Origin: an uncultured Actinomycetes bacterium
GTDB taxonomy: Bacteria; Actinomycetota; Thermoleophilia; RBG-16-64-13
Assembly (NCBI GenBank): GCA_937148845.1
Contig: CAKZRW010000067.1
Location: forward strand, 1 to 63,455
Length of the DNA stretch: 63,455 nt
Reading direction: 5' to 3'
Position 1 is the stretch's first letter. Every line of letters starts with the position of its first letter. Shown here piece after piece: positions 19,267 to 29,800 of the stretch. The position numbers and the translations under genes are program-made. Below the pieces are notes generated by a model. That model saw only the letters and a list, made by a program, of their open reading frames with translations, had not been told where the DNA came from and searched no databases.

Positions 19267-22200
19267 ATGAGCAACCCTCCCCGCACGACTGCCGCTGAAC
19301 CGCAGACGGCCTGCGGGCCCCCCTATGACTTTCAGCACCTCATGGCGAGAAGGGTGGAGAACATCATCCTGGCGTCCAGCGTCTACGACACTTTCATCCT
19401 GGAAGAAGACGGGCGCCTCAACGAACTACTGTTGAGCGAGTTCCTGGACCTCAACCTGCATCACACTACGGGTGTCCGCCACGTCACGAGCGGGGCTGAA
19501 GCCCTGTCGCTGGCCGCCTGCGAGAGCCGTTTCAATCTCATCGTGACCGCCTGCACGCTGGCCGATATGGATGCCGCCGAGCTGGCCGCACGGGTGAAAG
19601 AGGCAGGACTGGATGTCCCGGTCATCCTACTCGCCTTCGACGGAGGAGAATTGGCAGACTTCATGGCCCACCACGACACCTCGCCTTTGGAACGCATCTT
19701 CCTGTGGCAAGGCGACCCCCGCATCTTGCTTGCCATCACCAAGTACATGGAGGACAAGCTGAACGTCGCCTACGACGTGGGGGTGGCCGGAGTGCAGGTC
19801 ATCCTCTTGATTGAGGACAACATCCGCTACTACTCTTCCTTCCTCCCTCTTATCTATACAGAGATCATCAGCCACTCCCAGCGCTTGATCAGCGAAGGGG
19901 TGAACCTACCCCACAAGATCCTGCGTATGCGGGCGCGACCCAAGATCTTGCTCTGCACCACTTTCGAAGAAGCTTGGGAGTACTTCTCTCTTTACAAGGA
20001 GGAGGTGCTCGGGGTCATCTCCGACATCGAGTTCCCGGTGGAAGGCCAGCTCAACCCCCAGGCCGGGGCCAAATTCGCCCAGAAAGTGAACGAGGCCTAC
20101 TCCGACATCCCTGTGCTCCTCCAATCGAGCCGCCCCGAGAGCGAGGCTCAGGCCCGAGAAGTGGGCGCCGCCTTCTTGCTGAAGGGGTCCCCCACTCTGC
20201 TGCAAGACCTGCGACGATTCATCGTGGAGAACTTCTTCTTCGGCGATTTCATCTTCCGGCTGCCCGATGGCACCCCGGTGGGACGGGCCCCTGATCTCAA
20301 GACCTTGCTCGAGATGCTACGCACGGTACCAGCCGAGTCGATCGCTTACCACGCGGAGCGCAACCACTTCTCCCGCTGGCTGAAAGCCCGCACCGAGTTC
20401 CGCCTCGCTCACCTGCTGCGACCCCGTACCGCGGCCGACTACTCCACGGTGGAGGACCGCCGGGCCTACCTCATCGAGCAGATCCACAACTACCGTCGCG
20501 AGCAAGCCCAAGCCTCGATCACCGACTTCGACCCCACCACCTTCGACCCCGAGAACAGCTTCGCCCGTTTGAGCGAGGGTTCCCTGGGTGGTAAGGCGAG
20601 AGCCCTGGCCTTTGCGCGTCATCTGCTGCGTGACTCCGAGCTGGAGGACGAATTCCCCTCGCTGGACATCGCGGTGCCGGCATGCGCAGTCCTAGGTACC
20701 GACACCTTCGACCGCTTCCTCGATGACAACGACCTGCGCCAGTTCGCCCTCAGCTCCGCTGACGACAAAGAGATGGAAGCCCGCTTCCTTGCGGCCCGCC
20801 TTCCAGCCGAGATAGAACAACGCCTGGCTTCCTACCTGGATCTGGCCCGCTATCCGTTGGCCGTCCGCTCCTCCAGCCTCTTGGAGGACTCGCAGTACCA
20901 GCCCCTGGCCGGCGTCTACCGCACCTATATGCTGCCCAACAACCATCCTGATCCGGCAGTGCGCCTCGAACAACTGCTGCGAGCCGTCAAGCGCGTCTAT
21001 GCCTACACCTTCTCGAGCTCGGCCAAGAACTACTTCAAAGTGACGCCCTATCGGCTCGAGGAAGAGAAGATGGCCGTCATCATCCAGAAACTGGTGGGAA
21101 CAGCCCACGGCAGCAGGTTCTACCCCAGCTTCGCCGGTGTCGCCCGTTCCTACAACTTCTACCCGGCTCCCCCCGCACGACCCGAGGACGGAGTGGTGGC
21201 GGTGGCCCTGGGGCTCGGCCGCACGGTCGTAGAAGGGGGGCTTTCCCACCTCTTCTGCCCGCGCTATCCCCGGCATCCTCTCCTACCCTCGACCCCAGCT
21301 GAGTTGCTCGCCAACTCACAACGGGAGTTCGTGGCTCTGGAGCTCGAGGCGAACGAGGCCGAAGTGAGCGAGCGTCGCTACCCGCTCTCTGTTGCGGAGA
21401 GGGACGGCACCTTGCGCCCTTTGGCTTCAACGTACGACCCTAGCAGCGATGCAGTCTACGACGGCCTCTCTCGTAGAGGCATCCGTCTGGTGACCCTTGC
21501 TCCCCTGCTCAAAGACAGATCCGTGCCTCTCTCAGCCCTGCTCTTGCGTCTCCTCGAGCTGGGACGCTGGGGGATGAACACCGAGGTGGAGATAGAGTTC
21601 GCCGTCCAGCTGGGAGCTTACCACGAGGGAGGACCGCAGGCCCTCGGACGGGGGGAAGGCTCCAAACCCGGCGCTACAGCCAAGAAAGCTTGGTTCGCCT
21701 TCCTGCAGATGCGGCCGCTCGCCCTAGGCCGAGAGAGCGGCGAATTCGAGCTGGAAGAGTTCGCGCCCGAAGAGGTGCTTGTCTACTCGACCAACGTGCT
21801 TGGGAACGGGCGCCTCTACGACCTCCATGACGTGGTGACTGTGGACTACGAGCGCTTCGATAGAGCCCAGACCAGGGAGGTGGCCGCCCAGGTAGCCAGT
21901 CTGAACACGGAGCTAGTCGAGGAGGGGCGGCGGTATCTACTCCTGGGACTGGGACGTTGGGGCTCAGCCGATCCCTGGCTGGGCATCCCGGTCACCTGGG
22001 AGCAGATCTCGGGGGCCCGCGTGATCGTGGAATCAGGGCTCAAAGACATAAAGGTCACGCCTTCCCAGGGTAGCCACTTTTTTCAGAATCTGACCTCGTT
22101 CCGCGTCGGCTATTTCACGGTGAACCCCGAGGGCGGGGAGGACCGCATCGACTGGGGCTGGCTGGCCAGGCAGCCGACCCGGAAAGCCCTTGGCTACGTC

Positions 22201-22299
22201 TGCCACCTGCGCTTCGACCAGCCACTCTTGGTGAGCATCGACGGCCGTCAGCAGCGGGGCGTCATCCTCAAGCCCAAGAAGGTCGAAGGGCGGGCTTGA
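19267..22299 (+). CDS. Receiver-like domains fused to PEP synthase/PPDK nucleotide-binding domain
   Basis: ILLIED and GVISDIEFP receiver-like segments; GSLGGKAR, PLAVRSSSLLEDS, MAVIIQ, GLGRTVV, VEIEFA; C-terminal SQGSHFFQNL. Confidence 0.85.
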   Translation: MSNPPRTTAAEPQTACGPPYDFQHLMARRVENIILASSVYDTFILEEDGRLNELLLSEFLDLNLHHTTGVRHVTSGAEALSLAACESRFNLIVTACTLADMDAAELAARVKEAGLDVPVILLAFDGGELADFMAHHDTSPLERIFLWQGDPRILLAITKYMEDKLNVAYDVGVAGVQVILLIEDNIRYYSSFLPLIYTEIISHSQRLISEGVNLPHKILRMRARPKILLCTTFEEAWEYFSLYKEEVLGVISDIEFPVEGQLNPQAGAKFAQKVNEAYSDIPVLLQSSRPESEAQAREVGAAFLLKGSPTLLQDLRRFIVENFFFGDFIFRLPDGTPVGRAPDLKTLLEMLRTVPAESIAYHAERNHFSRWLKARTEFRLAHLLRPRTAADYSTVEDRRAYLIEQIHNYRREQAQASITDFDPTTFDPENSFARLSEGSLGGKARALAFARHLLRDSELEDEFPSLDIAVPACAVLGTDTFDRFLDDNDLRQFALSSADDKEMEARFLAARLPAEIEQRLASYLDLARYPLAVRSSSLLEDSQYQPLAGVYRTYMLPNNHPDPAVRLEQLLRAVKRVYAYTFSSSAKNYFKVTPYRLEEEKMAVIIQKLVGTAHGSRFYPSFAGVARSYNFYPAPPARPEDGVVAVALGLGRTVVEGGLSHLFCPRYPRHPLLPSTPAELLANSQREFVALELEANEAEVSERRYPLSVAERDGTLRPLASTYDPSSDAVYDGLSRRGIRLVTLAPLLKDRSVPLSALLLRLLELGRWGMNTEVEIEFAVQLGAYHEGGPQALGRGEGSKPGATAKKAWFAFLQMRPLALGRESGEFELEEFAPEEVLVYSTNVLGNGRLYDLHDVVTVDYERFDRAQTREVAAQVASLNTELVEEGRRYLLLGLGRWGSADPWLGIPVTWEQISGARVIVESGLKDIKVTPSQGSHFFQNLTSFRVGYFTVNPEGGEDRIDWGWLARQPTRKALGYVCHLRFDQPLLVSIDGRQQRGVILKPKKVEGRA

Positions 22300-22372
22300 C
22301 CCAGGCCCTGAAGCAGGGATCGCCAAGCCTGTCACCCGTGACGGGGATCAGGCCAGGCCCACCAAGGACAGC

Positions 22373-23167
22373 CTAGAGTCTGACCGGGATCCCGGCCGCG
22401 GCCAGATGCAGCTTGGCCTGCCGGATGGTGTACTCCCCGTAGTGGAAGATGGAAGCCGCCAGCACCGCATCGGCCCCGGCGTCCCGGATGACTTCGACCA
22501 AGTGGTCGAGGGTCCCGGCTCCGCCGCTCGCGATCACGGGGACGTTCACTGCCTCGGCCACCGCCCGGGTGAGCTCCAGGTCGTAGCCGTCCTTGGTACC
22601 GTCCCGGTCCATGGACGTAAGCAGGATCTCACCTGCCCCCAGCGCCACCGCCCGTTTGGCCCATTCCACAGCGTCCAGACCGGTGGGGATACGGCCCCCG
22701 TTCACATAGGCTTCCCAACGAGGACCACCCGCCCCGGCTCTGGCTCGTCCTGCCTCCCGGACCTCCACCCGCTTTGCGTCGATGGCTATGACCACGCACT
22801 GGGAGCCGAAGCGGCGAGCACATTGGGTGATCAAACTGGGGTCGCGGATGGCCGCTGAGTTCAATGAGACCTTGTCGGCCCCGGCGCTGAGTAGAGCCCG
22901 TACGTCGTCTTCGCTACGGATGCCTCCCCCGATGGTAAAGGGGATGAAAAGCTCCTCCGCACAATGACGCGCCAATTCCACCATGGTGTCGCGCTTTTCA
23001 TGCGAGGCCGTGATGTCGAGGAAGACCACCTCGTCGGCCCCTTCACGGTCGTAGCGCGCTGCCAGTTCCACCGGATCCCCGGCGTCGCGGATGTCCACGA
23101 AGTTCGTGCCCTTTACGACCCGGCCCCGGTCGACGTCAAGACAGGGAATGATCCGCTTGAGCAACAT
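22373..23167 (-). CDS. hisF: Imidazole glycerol phosphate synthase cyclase subunit
   Basis: [43 protein letters not shown]. Confidence 0.97.
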   Translation of the reverse strand: MLLKRIIPCLDVDRGRVVKGTNFVDIRDAGDPVELAARYDREGADEVVFLDITASHEKRDTMVELARHCAEELFIPFTIGGGIRSEDDVRALLSAGADKVSLNSAAIRDPSLITQCARRFGSQCVVIAIDAKRVEVREAGRARAGAGGPRWEAYVNGGRIPTGLDAVEWAKRAVALGAGEILLTSMDRDGTKDGYDLELTRAVAEAVNVPVIASGGAGTLDHLVEVIRDAGADAVLAASIFHYGEYTIRQAKLHLAAAGIPVRL

Positions 23168-23179
23168 CTTGCCCGCTCG

Positions 23180-23992
23180 CTAGTTCGTTTCCAGGCTGAT
23201 TGCGCCCTCGCCCCGGCGGGCAAGCCCCTCCGGCGGCCCGGCCTGGCCGGCCAGGACGGCATGTGCCTGCGCTACCGTGAACCTCTGCTCGTAGAGGGCC
23301 CGGCCCACGATCACTCCGGTCACCCCCAGGGGTTCCAGCTCGCGCAACAAGCGCAGATCCTCCAGGCTAGCCACTCCTCCCGAAGCGATGAGCTCCACCC
23401 CCTCTTTGCCCGCCCGTCGGAGAGCCGCGGCTAACTCGCGGATTCCGGCGAGGTTCACGCTCTGCAGCATGCCGTCGCGGCTGATGTCGGTGAAAAGAAT
23501 CTCCCGCACCCCCACTTCGGCCAGCTGGAGAACGAGGTCGACCGCTCGTACCGCGCTGCGGGAGACCCAGCCGCGAGTCTTCACGTAGCCCTCCTCGGCG
23601 TCCACGGCCACCACCAGCCGGGAGGACCCCAAGAGCTCCAGCGCCCGCTCGACAAAGCCCTCGCTCTCCACCGCCTGGGTGCCCAGCACTACTTTGGCCA
23701 CCCGACTGCCCCCCAAGCGAAGCAAGACCTCCTCGGTACGCAGACCACCCCCGGTCTGCACCGGCACGGGTACGGCCTCGGCGATGGCCTCGACCACAGG
23801 GAGGTTGCGCGGCAGGCCCTCTCTCGCCCCATCCAGGTCGACCACATGGAGATAGCGAGCGCCCTCGGCCACCCAGTGGCGAGCCATGGCCACCGGGTCG
23901 TCTCCGAACACGGTCTCGTCGGCAAAATCGCCGCGCCGCAGGCGCACGCAACGGCCGCCCTGGATATCGATGGCTGGAATCAACCTCACCAC
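23180..23992 (-). CDS. hisA: ProFAR isomerase
   Basis: IPAIDIQGGRCVRL, LHVVDLDGA, QTGGGLR, TDISRDGML, IASGGV, GRALY. Confidence 0.95.
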   Translation of the reverse strand: MVRLIPAIDIQGGRCVRLRRGDFADETVFGDDPVAMARHWVAEGARYLHVVDLDGAREGLPRNLPVVEAIAEAVPVPVQTGGGLRTEEVLLRLGGSRVAKVVLGTQAVESEGFVERALELLGSSRLVVAVDAEEGYVKTRGWVSRSAVRAVDLVLQLAEVGVREILFTDISRDGMLQSVNLAGIRELAAALRRAGKEGVELIASGGVASLEDLRLLRELEPLGVTGVIVGRALYEQRFTVAQAHAVLAGQAGPPEGLARRGEGAISLETN

Positions 23993-24020
23993 AAAGACCT
24001 CCGTGCAGACTTCGTCTTGC

Positions 24021-24668
24021 TCAATCCGCCGAGCGTTCCCCCGTCCCTAGCCCAGCCCGCCTGGCGAAGTTGAGATAGAAACGCAGCCCCAAGCTACTCG
24101 ACTTCTCGGGATGGAACTGCACAGCGGCCAGGTTCCCACTCGCCACAGCCGAGACGAAGCGCACTCCGTCATACTCGGTCATCGCGAGCACAGGGGCCGG
24201 CGAGCGCGGCACTACCGCGTAGCTGTGCACAAAGTAGAAGGCCGAGCCGTCGGGTATGCCTTCGAACAGGTCGGAATCGGCGCACAGCTCCACCTGGTTC
24301 CAGCCGATGTGAGGCACTTTGACCCGGGGCGGTAGGGCCCGGACGTCCCCCGGCAGGAGCCCGAGGCCCTGGACGCCGGGATCCTCCTCGCTCCCTTCAA
24401 AGAGGAGCTGCAGGCCTAGGCACACCCCCAAAAAAGGCACCCCCGCTTCGATCCGCTCTCGTAGCGGTTCCACCAAACCCTTGGCGGTCAGCTGGGCCAT
24501 GGCCGCACCGAAAGCACCCACCCCGGGCAGAACTAATCCTGCCGCCTCAGCCATCAGCTCCGGATCGGCGCCCACCAACGCTTCCACTCCCACGTGCTCA
24601 AAGGCTTTCTGCACCGAGCGAAGGTTGCCCGAACCGTAATCGACGATGTAGAGGAAACGATCGCCCAC
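24021..24668 (-). CDS. hisH: Imidazole glycerol phosphate synthase glutaminase subunit
   Basis: VDYGSGNLRSV, LPGVGAF, GVCLGLQ, VPHIGWN, YFVHSY, QFHPEKS. Confidence 0.96.
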   Translation of the reverse strand: MGDRFLYIVDYGSGNLRSVQKAFEHVGVEALVGADPELMAEAAGLVLPGVGAFGAAMAQLTAKGLVEPLRERIEAGVPFLGVCLGLQLLFEGSEEDPGVQGLGLLPGDVRALPPRVKVPHIGWNQVELCADSDLFEGIPDGSAFYFVHSYAVVPRSPAPVLAMTEYDGVRFVSAVASGNLAAVQFHPEKSSSLGLRFYLNFARRAGLGTGERSAD

Positions 24669-24715
24669 GTTTCACTGCTCCTTAGCACTAGGGGACCCGG
24701 CCCGAGGAGCAGAAC

Positions 24716-25354
24716 TCACAGGACTCCCTTGGTGGAGGGTATTCCGGAGAGTCGCGGGTCAGGGCTGACCGCCTGCCGCAGCGCCCGAGCAAAAGCCTTG
24801 AACACCGCCTCGATGGAGTGATGGACATCACCTCCGGCCAACACCCGCACGTGCAGGGTCAGCTTGGCATTGTTCACCACGGCCCGGAAGAACTCCGCCA
24901 CCAACGCCGAGTCAAAACCAGCGATGTTATCCCCCACCGGGCCGCCTTCGTAGGCGAAGTAAGGTCGTCCGCTCAGGTCCACCGCCACCAGAGCCAAGGC
25001 CTCGTCCATGGGTACAAGCGCGTGGCCATAGCGGGTCAGTCCGCTCTTGTCGCCTACAGCCTGGGCCAGCGCTTGGCCCAGACAGATACCGACATCCTCT
25101 ACCGTGTGATGTCCTCCCGTGTGCAGGTCACCGTGGGCTTCCACTTGCAGGTCGAACAGCCCGTGGCCTGCCAGTAGCTCCAGCATGTGGTCGAAGAAGC
25201 CTAGGCCAGTAGAGACGACGGCATGGCCGCCGCCATCCAAGTTGAGACGCACCGCCACGGCCGTCTCCCGGGTCTTGCGTTCCAGGGTCGCCATCCGGGA
25301 GAGAGATCCGGTTTGCTGCGAGGGGGTGTCGGCCTGCAAAGATGCCTCCCTCAT
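24716..25354 (-). CDS. hisB: Imidazoleglycerol-phosphate dehydratase
   Basis: [43 protein letters not shown]; start uncertain (ATG 25294 possible). Confidence 0.95.
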   Translation of the reverse strand: MREASLQADTPSQQTGSLSRMATLERKTRETAVAVRLNLDGGGHAVVSTGLGFFDHMLELLAGHGLFDLQVEAHGDLHTGGHHTVEDVGICLGQALAQAVGDKSGLTRYGHALVPMDEALALVAVDLSGRPYFAYEGGPVGDNIAGFDSALVAEFFRAVVNNAKLTLHVRVLAGGDVHHSIEAVFKAFARALRQAVSPDPRLSGIPSTKGVL

Positions 25355-25509
25355 GAGATGCCGATCAAGTAGTCACGGAGAGGAGAATAGCACAGAGGCC
25401 CGCGGCCACGATTACGAGCGCAGTCGACCGAGAAGAGTGAGCAACAGATACCAAGCCAGGACAGACCGCGAAGGCTTCTCGGCATTCGGTCGGTAGACAG
25501 CTAGTTACC

Positions 25510-26871
25510 TCATTCTGTGGACTGGGCCCGCATCTCCGCCGACCGCCGGTGGAATACGAAACCTTCGCATTCGGCGATAGTGGCGAGAGGCCCGCTCAGT
25601 TTGGCCGCCGACTCTTGGCTGAGCTCCACGTAGGAGGACCGACGCAGGAACACATCTACCGAGAGAGGCCAGGAGAAGCGAGCGGAGCCACCGGTGGGAA
25701 GGACATGGTTGCTGCCAGCGACGTAGTCCCCATAAGCAGTCGGTGCGTGGTGACCCAGGAACACCGCTCCCGCCGGGCCGACCCGCGCGAAGAGTCGGCG
25801 CGGCTCGGCCACCTGCAGTTCAAGATGCTCGGGAGCATAGGCCGCCACCAGAGCCACGGCCAAAGCCTCGAAGTCCTCACCCGGCGCCGGGAAGAAGGCG
25901 TGGAGATGCTCGGCAGGGGAAACCGTAGGTCGGGGCGCCACCGCGTCGGCTACTCCCTGCCCCTCGTCGGTCACCTCGAGCGCCTTGGCCGCCGTCCCTA
26001 CCGACTGCCGAAGAGCCTCCACTGCTCGAGCCACCGCCAGGCACAATTCCTCGCTTTCCGCCAGCAGCACGGCTTGCGCGCCGCTGCCGTGTTCCTCTTG
26101 GGCGAGCAGGTCCACCGCCACCCAGTCCGGACAGGCAGTGTGGTCGGCGATCACCAACACCTCGCTCGGCCCAGCCAGACTGTCTATACCGACCGCTCCG
26201 TACACCTGCCGCTTGGCCTCCATGACGAAGGCGTTGCCAGGACCGCATATCACATCCACCCGCGGCACGGTCTCGGTGCCATAGGCCATGGCGGCGACTG
26301 CCTGGGCTCCTCCCACCCGGAACACCCTGGTCACCCCCACTAAGTGAGCAGCGGCCAGCACCGCCCGGTCGACACTGCCATCTCCACCGGGTGGCGTGCA
26401 GATGATGAGTTCTTCCACCCCGGCCACCCGCGCAGGGACCGCGTTCATCAGAACCGTAGAGGCATAAGCCCCGTGGCCACCAGGCACGTAGAGTCCGGCC
26501 CGCTCGACCGGGCGATAGCGCAGACCCAGGACCTGCCCCTGGGGACCTACCGCCTCCCAGTCAGCTCGACGCTCGTGAGTGTGGAAGAAGACCAGGTTGT
26601 CCCTGGCCGTCTCGAGAGCAGAGAGCAGAGAGGGATCGATCCCGCCAGCGGCGGCTTCCAGCTCCGCCCGAGGCACCTCCAGGCCCTCGGCGGTTGCTCC
26701 CGGCCAGTCGAGACGAGCAGTGATCTCCACCAGGGCCTGGTCGCCGCGAGCGCGTACTGCGGCGAGCAGTCCAGCCACGACCTCTGCCACCTCCCTGTCT
26801 TTGCTCTCGGCCGGACGCAGAGCGGCGACCTCAGCCTCGACCTGGTCTCGCCGAAGCGCGTGTATCTGCAT
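25510..26871 (-). CDS. hisD: Histidinol dehydrogenase
   Basis: GLYVPGG, GGAQAVAAMAYGT, GPGNAFV, AGPSEV, PEHLEL, GDYVAGSNHVLPT. Confidence 0.95.
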   Translation of the reverse strand: MQIHALRRDQVEAEVAALRPAESKDREVAEVVAGLLAAVRARGDQALVEITARLDWPGATAEGLEVPRAELEAAAGGIDPSLLSALETARDNLVFFHTHERRADWEAVGPQGQVLGLRYRPVERAGLYVPGGHGAYASTVLMNAVPARVAGVEELIICTPPGGDGSVDRAVLAAAHLVGVTRVFRVGGAQAVAAMAYGTETVPRVDVICGPGNAFVMEAKRQVYGAVGIDSLAGPSEVLVIADHTACPDWVAVDLLAQEEHGSGAQAVLLAESEELCLAVARAVEALRQSVGTAAKALEVTDEGQGVADAVAPRPTVSPAEHLHAFFPAPGEDFEALAVALVAAYAPEHLELQVAEPRRLFARVGPAGAVFLGHHAPTAYGDYVAGSNHVLPTGGSARFSWPLSVDVFLRRSSYVELSQESAAKLSGPLATIAECEGFVFHRRSAEMRAQSTE

Positions 26872-29800
26872 CAGACCCCCCGGCTACGCTGGCCACGGAC
26901 GGGACGTCCCTGACACACACAGTCATCGCCCAGTAGAGCCTTGAGCTCAGCGAAGAGGCCCGCCTGCGGCTCGACACGGAAACCGTCACCGAACCGCAGC
27001 CGATGCACCCCCTGGCGATGCCGCACATACATGTCGACCCAGCAGGGACCGGGGAAACGAGACAGGATGTGCTTGAGGTCCTCTATCACGGTGTGGGGGA
27101 AGGCCTCTCCGTCCACGGTGAGTGCGACTGGTTCCAACCCGGTCTTGGGCGAGAAGGCTTCGATGGCGAGGGGGATGAACTTGGTCTCCGTCTCGTCTTT
27201 GTGGTCGACTCGGCCTTTGACCTTGACCACCCTGTCCTCCACCAAGAGATCCTTGCTCTCCTGGTAAACACTGGGGAAGCAGAGCACCTCCACCGTGCCC
27301 TCCAGGCCTTCCAGGGTCACGAAGGCCATGGTCTCCCCGGTCTTCTTGGTGGTGATGCGCTTCACTTGGCTCACCATGCCGATGATGGTGGTCACGGTGC
27401 CGTCGGGCAGGTCAGCCAGCTGGGCGATGCTGTGGCCGGCTTCCCGGCGGATGTGGTTACGCAGGTCATGCAGGGGATGGGCGGTCACGTAGAGACCCAG
27501 AGTCTCTTTCTCCAAAGCAAGCAGCTCTTCTCGGCTGAAATCTGCGGTGGGAATAGGTACGGGCAGGACCCCGTTGCCGTTCTTCTTGGGCCGGTCGCCG
27601 GCCCCGTTCCCGCTGGCTTCCTCGTCGACGAACAGATCGAAGATGGAAGCTTGACCTCGATCCGCGTCAGCCTTGGTCTTCTTGCCATAGGCCATGGCCT
27701 GGGGCAGGACGGATAGCATGCCCCGGCGTGAGGGGCCGATGGAATCCATAGCTCCGGACTTGATCAGACTCTCGACGGCCCTCTGGTTTACGACAGTGAG
27801 ATCCACCCGCTCGCAGAAGTCGAACAGGTCGGTGAAGGGACCGCCCTTCTCGCGCGCTTCCAAGATGTTGCGGATGGCTGTCTCGCCCACGTTCTTAACC
27901 GCGTTCAGCCCGAAGCGGATGCGCCCTTCCACATCGCGGAAGTCCAGCACCGACTCGTTGATGTCGGGCGGCAAGACCTCGATGCCCATCTCGTTGGCCA
28001 CGTTGACGTAGAAGGGGACCTTGTCCTTGGTGTCCATGACGCTCGAAATGAGCGCCGCCATGTATTGGACGGGATAGTTGGCCTTGAGATAGGCGGTGCG
28101 GTAGGAGATGAGTGCGTAACAGGCGGCATGGGACTTGTTGAACGAGTAGTCCCCCGCACGCTCCATGAGCGACCACAGATAGTCGATGACCTCGGGTGCC
28201 GTGCCAGTAGCGGCAGCCCCGGCGCGGAACTTGGGTTCGAGCTCGTCAAGCTTGGACTTGATCTTCTTGCCGATAGCTTTGCGGAGGTCGTCAGCCCGGG
28301 CCGGGGTGAAACCGCCGATGACTTTCGAGATCTCCATCAACTGCTCTTGATATATGGCCACCCCGTAGGTGGGGCTCAGGATGGTGCGTAACCGCTCATC
28401 GGGGTAGACGATGCTCTCGGGATCCCGCTTGTTGCGCGCGTATTGCGGTATGAAATCCATGGGTCCCGGCCGGTAGAGAGCGACCAGGGCGATAAGGTCG
28501 TCTAGCTTAGTGGGCTGGATCTCGCGTAGAGCTTCCCTCATCCCGCTCGATTCGAACTGGAACACCCCTTCCGAGTCGCCCCGGGCCAACATGCGGAACG
28601 TGGCCGGGTCATCCAGCGGGATGGTTCCGATGTCGAACTCGGGATCGATCCCAGAGCGGATTATCTTGACCGCACTGTCGATGACGTCGAGGTTGCGCAG
28701 GCCAAGGAAGTCAATCTTGAGCAGCCCCAGGCGCTCCACGTCGGTCATAGAGACCTGAGTGACCACCTCGGCCTCGCCTTTCTGCATGAGAGGCAGGTGC
28801 TCGGTAAGCGGACCTTTGGATATGACCACGCCAGCGGCATGGATGGAATCCTGGCGGATCAACCCCTCCAGAGGTCGGGCGATATCGACTACTTTGCGCA
28901 CCAGCTCATCACTGTCATAGGCCTGGCGCAGCTCCCCCCGGGAATCGGCCAAGCAATCCGCCAAGGTGATGTTCAGCACTTCCGGCACCAGTTTGGCGAT
29001 ACGGTCGGCCTGGCTGTAGGGCACATCCATCACCCGAGCAGCATCGCGAATGGCCTGCCGCGCTTTGATGGTGCCGAAGGTAGCGATCTGGGCCACGCGG
29101 TCGCGCCCGTACTTGTTGGCCACGTACTCGATCACCTTGTCGCGCCCGCTGACCGAGAAGTCGATGTCGATGTCGGGCATGCTGATGCGGTCGGGGTTGA
29201 GGAACCGCTCGAAGAGCAGGTTGTAACGGATGGGGTCTAAGTCGGTGATGCCCAAGAGGTAGGAGACCAGCGAACCCGCTGCCGAACCCCGTCCGGGCCC
29301 CACCGGAATGCCCGCTCGTTTCGCGTAGCTGACAAAGTCCCATACAATCAAGAAGTAGGGCGGGAAGCCCATCTTCTCGATCACGGCGAGTTCGTTCTCG
29401 AGCCGTTCCCGGATCTCAGGGGTGACGGCTTCTCCGTAGCGGCGCCTCAAACCTTGCTCGCAGAGTTCCCGCAGGCACGAGGCTTCATCGTGGCCCGGCG
29501 GCACCGGGAAGTTGGGGAGCAGCATCCCTCCCAACTCGATGTCTACGTTGCAGCGCTGGGCGATCTCGAGCGTAGTGGGGAGAGCCTCGGGGAAGTCGCG
29601 GAAGGCGCGGCGCATCTCTTCCGGACTCTTCAGGTAGAACTCTTCCGAACTCAGCCGCAAACGGTCTTCATCGGCCAACCGGGCCCCGGTCTGGATGCAG
29701 AGCAGCACATCGTGCGCCGGCGCATCCTCTGCCCGCAGATAATGGACATCGTTGGTGGCCGCCAGCTTCAGACCGGTCTCCGCAGCTAGCTCAGCCAGGC

